Positions 29,388 to 40,191 of a stretch of 64,000 nucleotides of DNA are shown here, piece after piece (the stretch's first letter is position 1; every line of letters starts with the position of its first letter). The notes beneath the pieces are model-generated. The model saw nothing but the letters and a program-made list of their open reading frames with translations. It was not told the origin of the DNA and made no database searches. The translations under genes and the position numbers were made by a program. The stretch covers positions 136,730-200,729 of the forward strand of contig CAZNUN010000003.1 of the NCBI GenBank assembly GCA_964576275.1, written 5' to 3'. The DNA is from an uncultured bacterium. Its GTDB lineage: Bacteria; Fidelibacterota; UBA2242.

Positions 29388-32000
29388 ATGTTTTCGATGG
29401 ATAAATTTACGATTAAAGCCCGCGAGGTAGTCGAAAACGCTTTCAATGCGGCCGCGCGGTTAACCAATCAGGCGATCGAGCCTGAGCATTTTATGTATGC
29501 AATTTTGACAACTCCTGATAACACTGGCCTATTGATTCTGAATAAATTGATCGGTAACGCCGAGCTGTTTAGTCGCGAGGTTGATAAATTACTGGAAGCC
29601 TTTCCAAAAGTTCAGGGCGGAATCCGATCTTACCTGAGCGCGACTTCCGAAAAAATGTTGCAGGCCGCCGAAGATCAGGCCAAGCAATTTCAGGACGAAT
29701 ACCTTAGCGCCGAACATCTGTTGCTGGGCATAAATGAAGTCGCCGGCGGCGAGCTGAAGAAAATTCTGAAGCGCAGTGGAATTTCCGGCGAGACCATTCT
29801 GGCGGCTCTGAAGGAGATCCGCGGTACGCAAACCATCACCGATCAGACGCCGGAAGATAAATATCAGGCTTTGAAGAAATATTGCCGCGATCTGAATGAA
29901 TTCGCCCGCCGCGGCAAACTCGATCCGGTTATCGGCCGCGAAGATGAAATCCGGCGCGTCCTGCAAGTCTTGGCGCGGCGCACTAAGAATAATCCGGTTT
30001 TAATCGGCGAACCCGGCGTTGGCAAGACGGCCATTGCCGAAGGGTTGGCTTTAAGGATCGTATCGCAGGATGTTCCGGAGAGTTTTCGGAGCAAGCGTAT
30101 CCTGGCGCTTGACATGGGAGCTTTAATTGCCGGCGCGAAATTCCGGGGCGAATTTGAAGACCGGCTGAAGGCCGTCATGCGTGAAATTGGCGAAGCCCAG
30201 GGAAGCATCATCCTGTTTATTGATGAAATTCATACCGTAGTTGGCGCCGGCGCGGCCGAAGGCGCCGTTGACGCCTCAAATCTACTTAAACCAGCTCTGG
30301 CGCGCGGCGACCTGCGCTGTATCGGTGCCACGACCTTTATTGAATATCGCAAATACATTGAAAAGGACAAAGCTCTCGAACGCCGTTTTCAACCGGTGCA
30401 GATTGACGAACCATCTGTTGAAGATTCAATTTCGATCATGCGCGGCCTCAAGGAACGCTATGAGATCCATCATGGCATCCGCATCACAGATTCGGCTTTG
30501 GTAGCGGCGGTGGAACTTTCCGACCGTTATATTACAGAGCGCTTTTTACCTGATAAGGCAATTGATCTGGTGGATGAAGCCGCCAGCCGTCTGCGGCTCG
30601 AAATTGATTCCCTGCCGGTCGAACTCGACGAAGTCGAGCGCAAAATCAGCCAGCTCGAAATTGAAAGCCGCGCGCTCGCCAAGGAAAAAGACATCGAGGA
30701 ATCCCGGCTCCGTTACGAAAAAATTCAACAGGAACTGGCGCAATTAAAAGAAACCGCCACGGTTCTGCGGGCGCGCTGGCAGTCCGAAAAGCAGCATATC
30801 GCTGCCATAACGAATCTGAAGAAACAGATCGAACAGAGAAAATCCGAAGCCGAGACGGCTGAGCGTGAAGGTAACTGGGAAAGAGCCGCCCAGCTGATGC
30901 ATGCCGACCTGATCGCTCTCAATAAACAGCTTGAAAATGAAAAAGATAAGTTAAGAAAGATCCAGGCAAAACGGGCTTTGCTGAGAGAAGAAGTCACCGA
31001 AGAAGACATCGCCGAAATTGTCTCCAAATGGACGCACATTCCGGTTTCACGTCTGATCGAAGGCGAACGCGTTAAACTGCTGCACATGGAAGATAAACTC
31101 CACGAGCGGGTGGTTGGACAGGATGAGGCCGTGCGCGCGGTCAGCAACGCCGTCCGCCGGGCGCGCGCCGGATTGCAGGATGAACATCGTCCCCTGGCTA
31201 CCTTCATCTTCACCGGTTCGACCGGCGTCGGCAAGACCGAATTAGCCAAAGCCCTGGCCGAATTCCTTTTCAATGACGAAAACGCCCTGATCCGGATTGA
31301 TATGTCCGAATATATGGAAAAGCACGCCGTCTCGCGCCTGATCGGCGCGCCGCCCGGATACGTCGGCTACGATGAAGGCGGCCAGCTGACCGAGGCCGTC
31401 CGCCGCAAACCTTACGCGGTCATCCTGCTGGATGAAATCGAAAAAGCTCATAGCGACGTTTTCAATATACTGCTACAGGTGCTGGAAGACGGGCGCCTGA
31501 CAGACAACAAAGGCCATGTCGCGAATTTTAAAAATACTATCATAATCATGACTTCCAATCTGGGTTCGGAACAGATCATGTCGCAGGCTGGCGATGTTGA
31601 CGAGAATAATATTAACATAGTTTACGCCAATATTCAGGAGGTTGTGCTTTCGCAGTTACGCCAGATGCTCAAACCAGAATTTTTAAACCGGATTGACGAA
31701 ATCGTGGTTTTCAAACCACTCCTGCCGGATGAAATCCGCCGCGTCGTAGGATTACAGTTTAACCGCCTTTTGGAAAGGGTCAGAGCCAGCGGCATTCAGG
31801 CGACATTATCCGAAACGGCCGGCGCGATGATCGCCAAAGCCGGTTGGGATCCGGCTTTCGGCGCCCGTCCGGTCAAACGCATTATCCAAAGACAGATTCT
31901 GGACCCGCTGGCGCTGGATATTCTGGAAGAAAAATTCAAGACCGGCGATCATATTACGGTTGATATTCAGGACGGACAAATTCACTTCGTAAAAATTTAG
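29388..32000 (+). CDS. clpB: ATP-dependent chaperone ClpB
   Basis: AGGAG 8 nt before ATG 29388 (MFSMDKFT...). Two AAA+ modules (GEPGVGKT and GSTGVGKT Walker A), a long middle coiled-coil, and a ClpB C-terminal domain. Confidence 0.95.
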   Translation: MFSMDKFTIKAREVVENAFNAAARLTNQAIEPEHFMYAILTTPDNTGLLILNKLIGNAELFSREVDKLLEAFPKVQGGIRSYLSATSEKMLQAAEDQAKQFQDEYLSAEHLLLGINEVAGGELKKILKRSGISGETILAALKEIRGTQTITDQTPEDKYQALKKYCRDLNEFARRGKLDPVIGREDEIRRVLQVLARRTKNNPVLIGEPGVGKTAIAEGLALRIVSQDVPESFRSKRILALDMGALIAGAKFRGEFEDRLKAVMREIGEAQGSIILFIDEIHTVVGAGAAEGAVDASNLLKPALARGDLRCIGATTFIEYRKYIEKDKALERRFQPVQIDEPSVEDSISIMRGLKERYEIHHGIRITDSALVAAVELSDRYITERFLPDKAIDLVDEAASRLRLEIDSLPVELDEVERKISQLEIESRALAKEKDIEESRLRYEKIQQELAQLKETATVLRARWQSEKQHIAAITNLKKQIEQRKSEAETAEREGNWERAAQLMHADLIALNKQLENEKDKLRKIQAKRALLREEVTEEDIAEIVSKWTHIPVSRLIEGERVKLLHMEDKLHERVVGQDEAVRAVSNAVRRARAGLQDEHRPLATFIFTGSTGVGKTELAKALAEFLFNDENALIRIDMSEYMEKHAVSRLIGAPPGYVGYDEGGQLTEAVRRKPYAVILLDEIEKAHSDVFNILLQVLEDGRLTDNKGHVANFKNTIIIMTSNLGSEQIMSQAGDVDENNINIVYANIQEVVLSQLRQMLKPEFLNRIDEIVVFKPLLPDEIRRVVGLQFNRLLERVRASGIQATLSETAGAMIAKAGWDPAFGARPVKRIIQRQILDPLALDILEEKFKTGDHITVDIQDGQIHFVKI

Positions 32001-32111
32001 GACAGATCGGAACAATTCTTTTGGCATGTCCGTTAAAGCCAATTCGTCTGAGGAGAGTCAGAAATGAACTTAATGATAAACCATATTATGAATGTTAGGA
32101 GGATTGAGGTT

Positions 32112-32630
32112 ATGCGTCGAATACTGCTACCGGTTCTGATTTTGGGAAGCGCCCTTTCGCTGGCATCCTGCGGAAAACCGGATAACACTGCCAGCGGCTA
32201 CTGGGATAAGGCTATCGCTTTGTTCAGCGATGCCGATTATCAGGGAACCATCAAGCAATATGAAAATATTGCCAAATATTATCCGGACGACAGTCTGGCG
32301 GTTCCGGCTTTATTCACAGCGGCCGATATTTATAAGAATAATCTGAATCAGGCCGAAAAAGCGATAAAAATTTATCAGAATGTCATTAAAAAATATAAGA
32401 AAGACGAATGGGACGCTAAAGCCCATTTCATGATCGGCTATGTCTACGCCAATGACTTAAAAGACTTGAAACAGGCCGAAAAATATTATAAATCTTTCCT
32501 CGAAAAATATCCGACCAATACTCTGGCGCCGTCAGCCGAATGGGAATTAAAGAACCTCGGTAAATCTCTCGAGGAAATCCCCGAACTTCGGGTCGTAACT
32601 CAGGGCGACACCGTCGCTCAGGGCAATTAA
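32112..32630 (+). CDS. TPR-repeat outer-membrane lipoprotein (YbgF-like)
   Basis: GGAGG RBS before ATG 32112. Lipobox 'LSLASC'. TPR-like repeats (AIALF...YQGTIKQYENIAKYYP; KAIKIYQNVIKKY). Confidence 0.5.
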   Translation: MRRILLPVLILGSALSLASCGKPDNTASGYWDKAIALFSDADYQGTIKQYENIAKYYPDDSLAVPALFTAADIYKNNLNQAEKAIKIYQNVIKKYKKDEWDAKAHFMIGYVYANDLKDLKQAEKYYKSFLEKYPTNTLAPSAEWELKNLGKSLEEIPELRVVTQGDTVAQGN

Positions 32631-32646
32631 CATTACGGAGTGCGTC

Positions 32647-33639
32647 ATGGCTTTTAATTTATCTGAAATGAACGAACGCATCCGCCAGGAAAGCGCTTTT
32701 ATCTCCGGCATCAAGAGCGAAATGGGCAAGGTGATCGTCGGCCAAGAACGGATGATTGAACGTTTGATGATCGGCTTGCTCTGCAACGGTCATATCCTGC
32801 TGGAAGGCGTGCCCGGTCTGGCCAAATCGCTGACCGTCAGCACGCTCGCTAAAATCATCCAGGTCAATTTCCGACGTATCCAATTTACCCCGGATTTATT
32901 GCCCGCCGATCTGGTCGGAACGATGATCTACAATCAGAAAAGCGGGGTCTTTGAAACCAAACGCGGACCGATCTTTAGCAATATTATACTGGCGGATGAA
33001 ATCAACCGCTCGCCCGCCAAAGTGCAATCGGCATTGCTGGAAGCGATGCAGGAGCGCCAGGTGACAATCGGCGAAACCAGTCATGCTCTGGACGATCCTT
33101 TCCTGGTACTGGCAACCCAGAACCCGATCGAACAGGAAGGAACCTATCCCCTGCCGGAAGCTCAGGTTGATCGCTTCATGCTTAAAGTCATCGTCAAATA
33201 TCCTCAGAAAGACGAAGAACTCGACATCGTCAAACGCATGGCTCACAATGCCGCTCTGCCGCCGGTCAATCCGGTCATTTCCGCGGAAGACATCCGGCGT
33301 GCCCGCCGGACGGTGGATGATATTTACATTGACGAAAAAATCCACAAATACATCATTGATCTCGTGTTCGCCACGCGCGACCCAAAGGCCGTCAACCTGG
33401 CCGATCTCGCCGATCTGATTCATTACGGCGCCTCGCCGCGCGCTTCGATTTACCTGGCGCTGGCGGCCAAAGCCCAGGCCTTTATCGAAGGCCGCGGGTA
33501 TGTCACTCCGGAAGATATTCGCGCCGTCATTTGGGATGTTTTAAGGCATCGCATCATTCTGACTTTTGAGGCGGAAGCCGAAGAGATTAACGTCGAAGAG
33601 ATCATCCGGCGCATCATTGACACCGTTGAAGTTCCGTAA
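32647..33639 (+). CDS. MoxR-family AAA+ ATPase
   Basis: 'HILLEGVPGLAKS' Walker A, 'ILADEINR' Walker B, and MoxR-type sensor motifs. Length 330 aa. Confidence 0.9.
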   Translation: MAFNLSEMNERIRQESAFISGIKSEMGKVIVGQERMIERLMIGLLCNGHILLEGVPGLAKSLTVSTLAKIIQVNFRRIQFTPDLLPADLVGTMIYNQKSGVFETKRGPIFSNIILADEINRSPAKVQSALLEAMQERQVTIGETSHALDDPFLVLATQNPIEQEGTYPLPEAQVDRFMLKVIVKYPQKDEELDIVKRMAHNAALPPVNPVISAEDIRRARRTVDDIYIDEKIHKYIIDLVFATRDPKAVNLADLADLIHYGASPRASIYLALAAKAQAFIEGRGYVTPEDIRAVIWDVLRHRIILTFEAEAEEINVEEIIRRIIDTVEVP

Positions 33640-33665
33640 TCTGTTCCGGTAAAAAGCGGTCGTCT

Positions 33666-34544
33666 ATGCTTCCCAGGGAAATTCTCAAGCAGGTTCGTCA
33701 GATCGAGTTGCGCACGCGCCATCTCGTCAACGATGTTTTCAGCGGCGAGTATCACTCGGTTTTCAAGGGGCGCGGTATGGAATTTTCCGAAGTGCGCGAG
33801 TATCAGTATGGCGACGATATTCGTTCCATAGACTGGAATGTCACCGCCCGCTATGCCCACCCGTTCGTCAAAATCAATGAGGAAGAGCGCGAACTCAATG
33901 TAATGCTGGCCGTGGACGCCTCGCGTTCGGGCGCTTTCGGTTCGAAGGGTAAATTCAAGAACGAGATCGCGGCTGAAATTTGCGCACTGCTGGCCTTTTC
34001 CGCGATCAAAAATAATGATAAAGTCGGCCTGCTGATCTTCACCGATCAGATCGAAAAATTCATTCCGCCGCGCAAAGGTAAATCGCACACCCTGCGGGTC
34101 ATTCGCGAAGTGCTTTATTTTCAGCCGGAATCGCCGCGCACCAGCCTGCACACCGGCCTGGAATTTTTACTGAAAGGTCTCAAACGCCGCTCGATTGTCT
34201 TCCTGCTGTCCGATTTCTACGATGATGATTACACCAAACCGTTGCGCATTCTGAATAAAAAACACGACGTGATCGCCATTCACCTTCAGGATGAACGCGA
34301 AAAAATTTTGCCACCGGTTGGTTTGCTGAATCTGAAAGACGCCGAAAGCGGCAGGGAGGTCTGGGTAGATACAGGCGACCGAACGCTGATGGAACGCTAT
34401 GCCGAATTAGTCGGACAGCAACAGCAAAACCTGCTGAGTATGGCGCGGGGAATGAATCTGGACTGGATTCAGATTGACACTTCCGGCTCGTATGTTGATC
34501 CGCTGGTGGCTTTCTTCAAAATGAGGGAGCGTCGCTACCGCTAA
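33666..34544 (+). CDS. DUF58 (vWA-like) protein, MoxR partner
   Basis: 'GEYHSVFKGRGMEFSEVREYQYGDDIRSIDWNVTAR' is the DUF58 signature. It lies immediately downstream of moxR. Confidence 0.8.
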   Translation: MLPREILKQVRQIELRTRHLVNDVFSGEYHSVFKGRGMEFSEVREYQYGDDIRSIDWNVTARYAHPFVKINEEERELNVMLAVDASRSGAFGSKGKFKNEIAAEICALLAFSAIKNNDKVGLLIFTDQIEKFIPPRKGKSHTLRVIREVLYFQPESPRTSLHTGLEFLLKGLKRRSIVFLLSDFYDDDYTKPLRILNKKHDVIAIHLQDEREKILPPVGLLNLKDAESGREVWVDTGDRTLMERYAELVGQQQQNLLSMARGMNLDWIQIDTSGSYVDPLVAFFKMRERRYR

Positions 34545-34562
34545 CCTGAAACCGTAAAAGGG

Positions 34563-35519
34563 ATGCAGATGAATCGTCCGGGACAATATTTTATTTTAAT
34601 AGTATTCATCGGCATTTTTGGCTTGCAGGTCGCGCCGGCGCAGGAAAATCAAATCGCCGTTGAAACTATAATTGATACGACTGTGGCAACGATTGGCGAT
34701 CGGGTGCATCTGCGAATTAATCTGCGCTTTCCGCCGGGAACGGTTTTTGAATTGCCGCAAATCGAAAAAAGTCTCGGAAAATTTGAAGTTTTCGGCAATC
34801 GCCTCTCCGAGCCGCGCAAACAGGATCGGATGCTCGAACAGGACTGGGAATTAACGCTGGCGGTCTTTGACACCGGACAGGCCACAATTCCGGCTCTGGA
34901 AATCAAAGCCCGCAAGCCGGAGGATTCGACGGCCGTCTTGAGTTTTAAAACTGTGCCGCAGACCGTGCAAGTCTATTCCGTTTTGGCGCCAGACAGCCGG
35001 GAACTGAAAGATATCAAGCCTCCTTTCCGTCTGCGTCGCTATATTTCCGGCCAGACGATTCTGTTGATCGCTTTAGTTGGGTTGCTGGCAGGTGCGTATT
35101 GGTATTACCGGCGCTGGAAGAAAGCCCATCCGCCGGTGTTCATTGATGAGAAATTTCTCGATCCGCCCCACGTTGTAGCGTTGAATCAACTGAATGCCCT
35201 GAAAGAAGCCCTGGAGACCACGCCGGAAGGAGTGCGGCTCTTTTATTTCCGGATTTCGGAAATTCTGCGGGAATTTCTGGAGCGGCGCTTCTTCATCCGG
35301 GCGCTGGAAATGACCACTTCCGAGATTGCGGAAGCTTTTAATTACGTCGAAGTTGAAAAATCCGCAGCTGCGGAATGGAACGCGCTGTTGCCGGAACTCG
35401 ATATAGTCAAGTACGCCGGGCAAATACCGGCACTCAGAGATATATTGACGGTATGGGAAAAAGCCTGCCGTTGTGTCGAACTCACGAAACACGAATCTTT
35501 TTTATGGAGGACGATGTGA
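34563..35519 (+). CDS. hypothetical membrane protein (Bat-operon-associated position)
   Basis: Signal peptide plus an internal TM 'TILLIALVGLLAGAYWYY'. No catalytic motif. It occupies the position of the uncharacterised protein that often follows DUF58 in MoxR modules. Confidence 0.35.
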   Translation: MQMNRPGQYFILIVFIGIFGLQVAPAQENQIAVETIIDTTVATIGDRVHLRINLRFPPGTVFELPQIEKSLGKFEVFGNRLSEPRKQDRMLEQDWELTLAVFDTGQATIPALEIKARKPEDSTAVLSFKTVPQTVQVYSVLAPDSRELKDIKPPFRLRRYISGQTILLIALVGLLAGAYWYYRRWKKAHPPVFIDEKFLDPPHVVALNQLNALKEALETTPEGVRLFYFRISEILREFLERRFFIRALEMTTSEIAEAFNYVEVEKSAAAEWNALLPELDIVKYAGQIPALRDILTVWEKACRCVELTKHESFLWRTM

Positions 35520-36463
35520 TTGAAGTACAGAATCTGGTAAAGCATTACGGGACTGTCAAGGCCGTGGATGATATTTCGTTCACCGTCGAACGGGGCGAGA
35601 TTCTCGGCTTTCTCGGTCCGAATGCCGCCGGTAAAACCACCACGATGCGCATAATTACAGGTTTTATGCCATCTTCTGCTGGAACGGTCAAAGTTGCCGG
35701 CTATGATGTTTTCGAACAGGGTTTGGAAGTCAAGAAACGGATTGGTTATCTGCCGGAAAATCCGCCGTTGTATACCGATATGCGCGTGCGCGATTATCTG
35801 CGCTTTGCCGCCCGGATCAAAGGAGTCAATCCTAAAACTATCGATGTCGAAGTCAATCGCGTGGCCGAGCGCATGTCGGTCACCGGCGTCATGGATAAGC
35901 ATATCAGCAAATTATCCAAAGGTTATAAGCAACGCGTCGGCTTTGCCCAGGCCCTGCTGAATAACCCGCCGGTGCTGATATTGGATGAGCCGACCAACGG
36001 TCTTGATCCGCGCCAGATTATCGAAGTGCGCGAAATAATCAAAAGCCTCGGCAGCGATCATACCGTCATTCTTTCGACTCACATCCTGCCGGAAGTCAGT
36101 ATGACCTGCAACCGCGTTGCGATCATTAATGAAGGCAAATTGGTCAAGATCGACACGCCTGATAATCTAACGACGCAACTGCGTGGCTCGGAATCGATTT
36201 TACTGGAAGTCGAGGGGCCGGTGGCTGAAGTCCAGGCGGCTTTCAGTCAGCATAATCTGGTAACGGCCGTGTCCGCTCAACCCGGCCGGCGGGATGACCT
36301 GGCCGATTACAAGGTCGAAGCAGCGGTCGGCTCCGATATTCGGCGCGACCTGGCCGCCCTGGTCGTCAATCGCGGCTGGGGTTTACTGGAAATGAAATCC
36401 GAAAGCCTGAGCCTCGAAGATATTTTCCTGAAACTTACGACCAAAGAAGAGGAGGTCAACTGA
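35517..36463 (+). CDS. ABC transporter ATP-binding protein (GldA-like)
   Basis: GTG start 5 nt after GGAGG, beginning 'MIEVQNLVKHYG'. Walker A 'GPNAAGKTT', signature 'LSKGYKQRV', Walker B 'ILDEPT'. Confidence 0.8.
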
Positions 36464-36464
36464 A

Positions 36465-37232
36465 ATGGGCAATTTACTGGCAATCTATAAACGGGACCTG
36501 AAGGGATACTTTTCTTCACCGATCGCCTATGTCGTCATCGGTCTTTTCCTGATCGTCACCGGGATTTTCTTTTATCTGATCCTGAACAGTTTTCTGCAGT
36601 ACAGCTACGCGGTAATGATGCAGAGACAGGGCGCCACGGTGAATGTCAACCTGCAGATGATCCGCCCGTTCTTTTTGAACATGAGTGTCATCGTATTGTT
36701 CGTGATCCCGATGATCACGATGCGTAGTTTTTCCGAGGAGAAAAAGAGCGGCACGATGGAGCTCCTGCTGACCTCGCCGCTGACCAACTGGCAGGTGATT
36801 ATCGGCAAATACCTGGCGACCTTTACGCTTTACTTTGTAATGGTCATGGTCACCTTTCTGTTTATGGTCTTCCTGTTCGTTTGGGGTAAACCGAATATGT
36901 GGCCGATTCTGATCAGTTATCTCGGAATTCTCCTGATGGGTATGGTTCTAATTGCCGTCGGGAATTTCATTTCTTCACTGACCGAGAACCAGATCGTTGC
37001 AGCAGTTGGAACGTTTGGCGCCACGATGCTTTTGTGGGTGATCGGCTTTGCCGGAGATTTTGCCGGTAAGGTGTTTGGTGAATTATTCAAATATCTTTCG
37101 ATTGTCAACCACTTCGAGGATTTTTCCAAAGGGGTTTTCGACACCAGTCATCTGGTCTATTACCTCTCACTCTCTTTCCTGATGTTGTTTTTAACCTATC
37201 AGTCAATCGAATCTTCCAAGTGGAGGGGTTAA
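36465..37232 (+). CDS. ABC-2 type permease (GldF-like)
   Basis: Six predicted TM helices. It starts 1 nt after the ATPase stop. ABC-2 family features. Confidence 0.7.
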   Translation: MGNLLAIYKRDLKGYFSSPIAYVVIGLFLIVTGIFFYLILNSFLQYSYAVMMQRQGATVNVNLQMIRPFFLNMSVIVLFVIPMITMRSFSEEKKSGTMELLLTSPLTNWQVIIGKYLATFTLYFVMVMVTFLFMVFLFVWGKPNMWPILISYLGILLMGMVLIAVGNFISSLTENQIVAAVGTFGATMLLWVIGFAGDFAGKVFGELFKYLSIVNHFEDFSKGVFDTSHLVYYLSLSFLMLFLTYQSIESSKWRG

Positions 37233-37235
37233 ACC

Positions 37236-38747
37236 ATGAAACTTTATAAATGGATTCTTACTGCCGGATTAATCCTGATCGCTTTAGGATTAATCATCTA
37301 TTCAATTGTCAACGTCTGGAACTGGCAGATCATTGTGCTGCTGGCTCTGGGCTTTGGCGCCAGTGTTTTAGCGCTGATAAAACTGGACATCAAAACGATT
37401 CTGAAAAACCGGCGCGTGATCTACAGCGGGAACATGGCGCTGGTAATTGTCCTGGTGATTGCCATCATCGGGCTGGTCGATTTCTTCTTCGCCCGGCATA
37501 GCTGGCGGGTGGATACGACCGAGAGCGGGACATTCAGCCTATCTGATCAGACCCGCCGGGTTCTGAACGATTTGGATAAGGATGTCAAAATTCTGGCCTT
37601 TGCCAAGAATATCAATAAATCCAGTATCGAGGATCGGCTCGGCGAATACCGCCATTATTCCAAGCGTCTCGAATGGGAAATCATTGATCCGGATGAGAAA
37701 CCAGGTTTGGCGAAGCAGTATAAAGTTAAAGATTATGGCAATCTGGTAGTGCTTTGCGAAGGTAAAGAGGAGCAGATTTCCAACTTTAGCGAAGAATCGA
37801 TCACGAATGCGATCATAAAAGTCACCCGCGAAGGCCAAAAGAAAGTCGCTTTTCTGACCGGCCATGGCGAAGGCAATATCGCCAGTTCCGAGCGGGATGG
37901 CTTTAACAGGGCTAAGCAGGCAATCGAAGAGCAGAATTACACTGTCGAAGAAATCATTCTGGCCGACAAAGACTCCATCCCAGCAGATGTTTCCGTGATG
38001 GTGATCGCCGGCGCGGAGAAGCCGCTGTTCGACAAGGAACTCGATATGCTGACGAAATACATCGAAAACGGCGGTAGCAGCCTGTTCATGCTCGATCCGC
38101 GTCCCGCGCCCGGTCTGAGTGATTATCTGAAACAGTGGAAAATCGAAGTCGGCGACAATCTTATTATCGACGCCAGCGGTTTCGGCCGCATATTCGGCGC
38201 GGGCCCGGACATTCCATTGGTCTCCAACTATACCGATCATCCCATTGTGAAGGATATGAAAGGCGTAATGACTTTCTTTCCGATGACCCGTACAGTCGCC
38301 CGAATTGAATCCGAAGACCAGGGCGTCGAAGTCGAAGAACTGGCTCGTACCAGTCAGCAGAGTTTCGCCGTGAAAAATATCGAACAAATATACCGTACCG
38401 GCAAGGTCTCTATGGAGCCTGACGATCTACGCGGTCCGCTTTCGGTAGCCTGCGCCGCTACGGTGGACGCGACTGGTCAGCGCAAAGGCCGTATCGTAGC
38501 GGTCGGCGATTCCGATTTTGCGTCGAACGCTTATTTTAACAATCAGGCCAACGGCGATCTGTTTATGAATATAATCAGCTGGCTGCTGGCTGACGAAGAC
38601 CTGATCTCGATCCGTCCCAAAGCTCCCGAAATCCGCACGATCGATATGACGCCCGGACAAACCAAGACGGTCATGTGGTTGACGGTAATAATTTTGCCGG
38701 CGATCGCTTTCGGAGTGGCAATCATGGTGTTTGTCAGGAGGAAATAG
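37236..38747 (+). CDS. GldG-like ABC-transporter auxiliary protein
   Basis: N-terminal and C-terminal TM segments flank a large periplasmic domain. It lies immediately after the GldA/GldF-like pair. Confidence 0.65.
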   Translation: MKLYKWILTAGLILIALGLIIYSIVNVWNWQIIVLLALGFGASVLALIKLDIKTILKNRRVIYSGNMALVIVLVIAIIGLVDFFFARHSWRVDTTESGTFSLSDQTRRVLNDLDKDVKILAFAKNINKSSIEDRLGEYRHYSKRLEWEIIDPDEKPGLAKQYKVKDYGNLVVLCEGKEEQISNFSEESITNAIIKVTREGQKKVAFLTGHGEGNIASSERDGFNRAKQAIEEQNYTVEEIILADKDSIPADVSVMVIAGAEKPLFDKELDMLTKYIENGGSSLFMLDPRPAPGLSDYLKQWKIEVGDNLIIDASGFGRIFGAGPDIPLVSNYTDHPIVKDMKGVMTFFPMTRTVARIESEDQGVEVEELARTSQQSFAVKNIEQIYRTGKVSMEPDDLRGPLSVACAATVDATGQRKGRIVAVGDSDFASNAYFNNQANGDLFMNIISWLLADEDLISIRPKAPEIRTIDMTPGQTKTVMWLTVIILPAIAFGVAIMVFVRRK

Positions 38748-38749
38748 AC

Positions 38750-40123
38750 ATGCAGAAAGGCAGAACCACTCTGATCCTGCTGACCGTCCTGATAGTCTTG
38801 TTCGCGGTCATTTACTTCTTCGATGTCAAGGGCGGTGAAAAACGCGAAAAAAAGACCAAACAGGGCAATCAGCTCTTTCAAGCCGAAAAAGACAGCGTCA
38901 CCCGGCTGATCCTCACCACCGCCGATAATCATATTGTCTGTGAGAAAAAAGGCGCGGAATGGATTATTACCAGTCCGGTCCGGACTCAGGGCGATGCCCA
39001 GACGATCGAATCCAGCCTGAGCGGTATTCTAAGCGCCAGCATCGAGCGAAAGATCGCGGACTCGACCTCCGATCTGAGCGCCTACGGTCTGAGCGAACCG
39101 CGCGGCCAGGTGCAGATAACCGCAGCCGGCGGCAGTCACGTCACCCTGATGATCGGCGATGATAATCCAACCGGCGACGTCATTTTTGTCAAACATCCCG
39201 TTTCACCGGCGGTCTATACGACCGCGAAGTCTCTCTGGAACAATGTGAATAAGAAGCTGTACGATCTGCGCGATAAAAAGCTCATGCACTTCCTCACCGA
39301 TGACGTGCGCCGCATCAGCATCAACTCCCGCAGCAAGGGCAAGGTCAGCCTCGAAAAAATGAATGGCAACTGGCAGATCGTTTCACCCGCCAGCCTGCGC
39401 GCCAATGACAGCGAAGTCAAATCTTTCCTGAACCGCATGGCCAACGGCAAGGTGAAAAATTTCATTGCGGAGGAGCCGTCTGATCTAAAAAAATTCGGTC
39501 TGGAAAAACCGGATATAGCCATTCAGCTGGAAATCGGCGAAAGTTTGGCGCGCACCAGTTTCATCATCGGCGACACTGCTAAAAATGACAACGGCGGATT
39601 CTATGCCAAAGAAGAGACCCGCCAGCCGGTTTTCACAATCGAAAAATGGGCTCTGGATGGCCTCAATAAAAACGCCTTCGATTTCCAGGATAAAAAAGTG
39701 CTTGGCTATGACGGGAAAAGCGCCGACCGCATCGTCTGGCGCATCGCCAGTCAGGAATACGCCGCGATCAGAGTTGACAGTCTGAACTGGATGATCATGG
39801 CTCCGGAAACCCTGCAAACCGACCAATCCGCGATGAGCCGCTGGCTAAATGCTCTACGCGACTTCAGTGTGGATGAACTGGAATCCTATCAGCCTAAACC
39901 GCTGAACAAGTACGGCCTGGAAAAGCCGTATCTGCATTTATCTATTTATAACGGCAATGAAATGATCGGAACGATTCTGGTCGGTGATAAGACCGGCGAA
40001 AAATATTACACCAGGACCGGTCAGGCGCCCTACATCTACCGAATCAAAAAGAATAATTTCGAGCGTTTGTATAAAACGCCGGAGGATTTGGCCGCTAAAA
40101 AGCCCGCCGGATCGTCCGATTAA
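38750..40123 (+). CDS. DUF4340-like protein (GldG-associated)
   Basis: GGAGGA RBS before ATG 38750. N-terminal TM, and a repeated 'W-I-- --P-- --D' pattern typical of the DUF4340 proteins that follow GldG. Confidence 0.55.
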   Translation: MQKGRTTLILLTVLIVLFAVIYFFDVKGGEKREKKTKQGNQLFQAEKDSVTRLILTTADNHIVCEKKGAEWIITSPVRTQGDAQTIESSLSGILSASIERKIADSTSDLSAYGLSEPRGQVQITAAGGSHVTLMIGDDNPTGDVIFVKHPVSPAVYTTAKSLWNNVNKKLYDLRDKKLMHFLTDDVRRISINSRSKGKVSLEKMNGNWQIVSPASLRANDSEVKSFLNRMANGKVKNFIAEEPSDLKKFGLEKPDIAIQLEIGESLARTSFIIGDTAKNDNGGFYAKEETRQPVFTIEKWALDGLNKNAFDFQDKKVLGYDGKSADRIVWRIASQEYAAIRVDSLNWMIMAPETLQTDQSAMSRWLNALRDFSVDELESYQPKPLNKYGLEKPYLHLSIYNGNEMIGTILVGDKTGEKYYTRTGQAPYIYRIKKNNFERLYKTPEDLAAKKPAGSSD

Positions 40124-40148
40124 AAAAAAAGTTCAGACAGATACAATA

Positions 40149-40191
40149 AACAGTCTCTAAATTCGTCTATCAAGATGAAATGGAGACTGTT
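40149..40191 (+). promoter_or_regulatory. perfect 9-bp inverted repeat bracketing the ECF sigma start codon
   Basis: AACAGTCTC (40149-40157) pairs with GAGACTGTT (40183-40191). The 25-nt spacer contains ATG 40180, and the 3' arm forms codons 2-4. Confidence 0.4.

Noticed and set aside
29589-31451. Several 60-180-aa antisense or out-of-frame ORFs inside clpB (e.g. 30725..31273, 182 aa)
   Set aside because: They lie entirely within a confidently identified, highly conserved gene. Their Ala/Arg/Ser-rich low-complexity translations are typical of reverse-frame artefacts in GC-balanced coding DNA.
35375-35516. 5' extension of the ABC ATPase ORF (track start 35375) overlapping the preceding gene
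   Set aside because: The extension has no RBS and overlaps the upstream CDS in another frame. GTG 35517 with GGAGG gives the canonical MIEVQNL ABC N-terminus.
38675-38749. 5' extension of the DUF4340-like ORF overlapping the GldG-like 3' end
   Set aside because: ATG 38750 follows a GGAGGA RBS and begins a signal/TM segment. The upstream part is simply a frame that happens to be open.
40141-40170. Possible ECF-type (-35 AAC / -10 CGTCT) autoregulated promoter upstream of the sigma gene
   Set aside because: The spacing between AAC and GTCT is about 14 nt, too short for the ECF consensus (N16-17). I reported only the inverted repeat.
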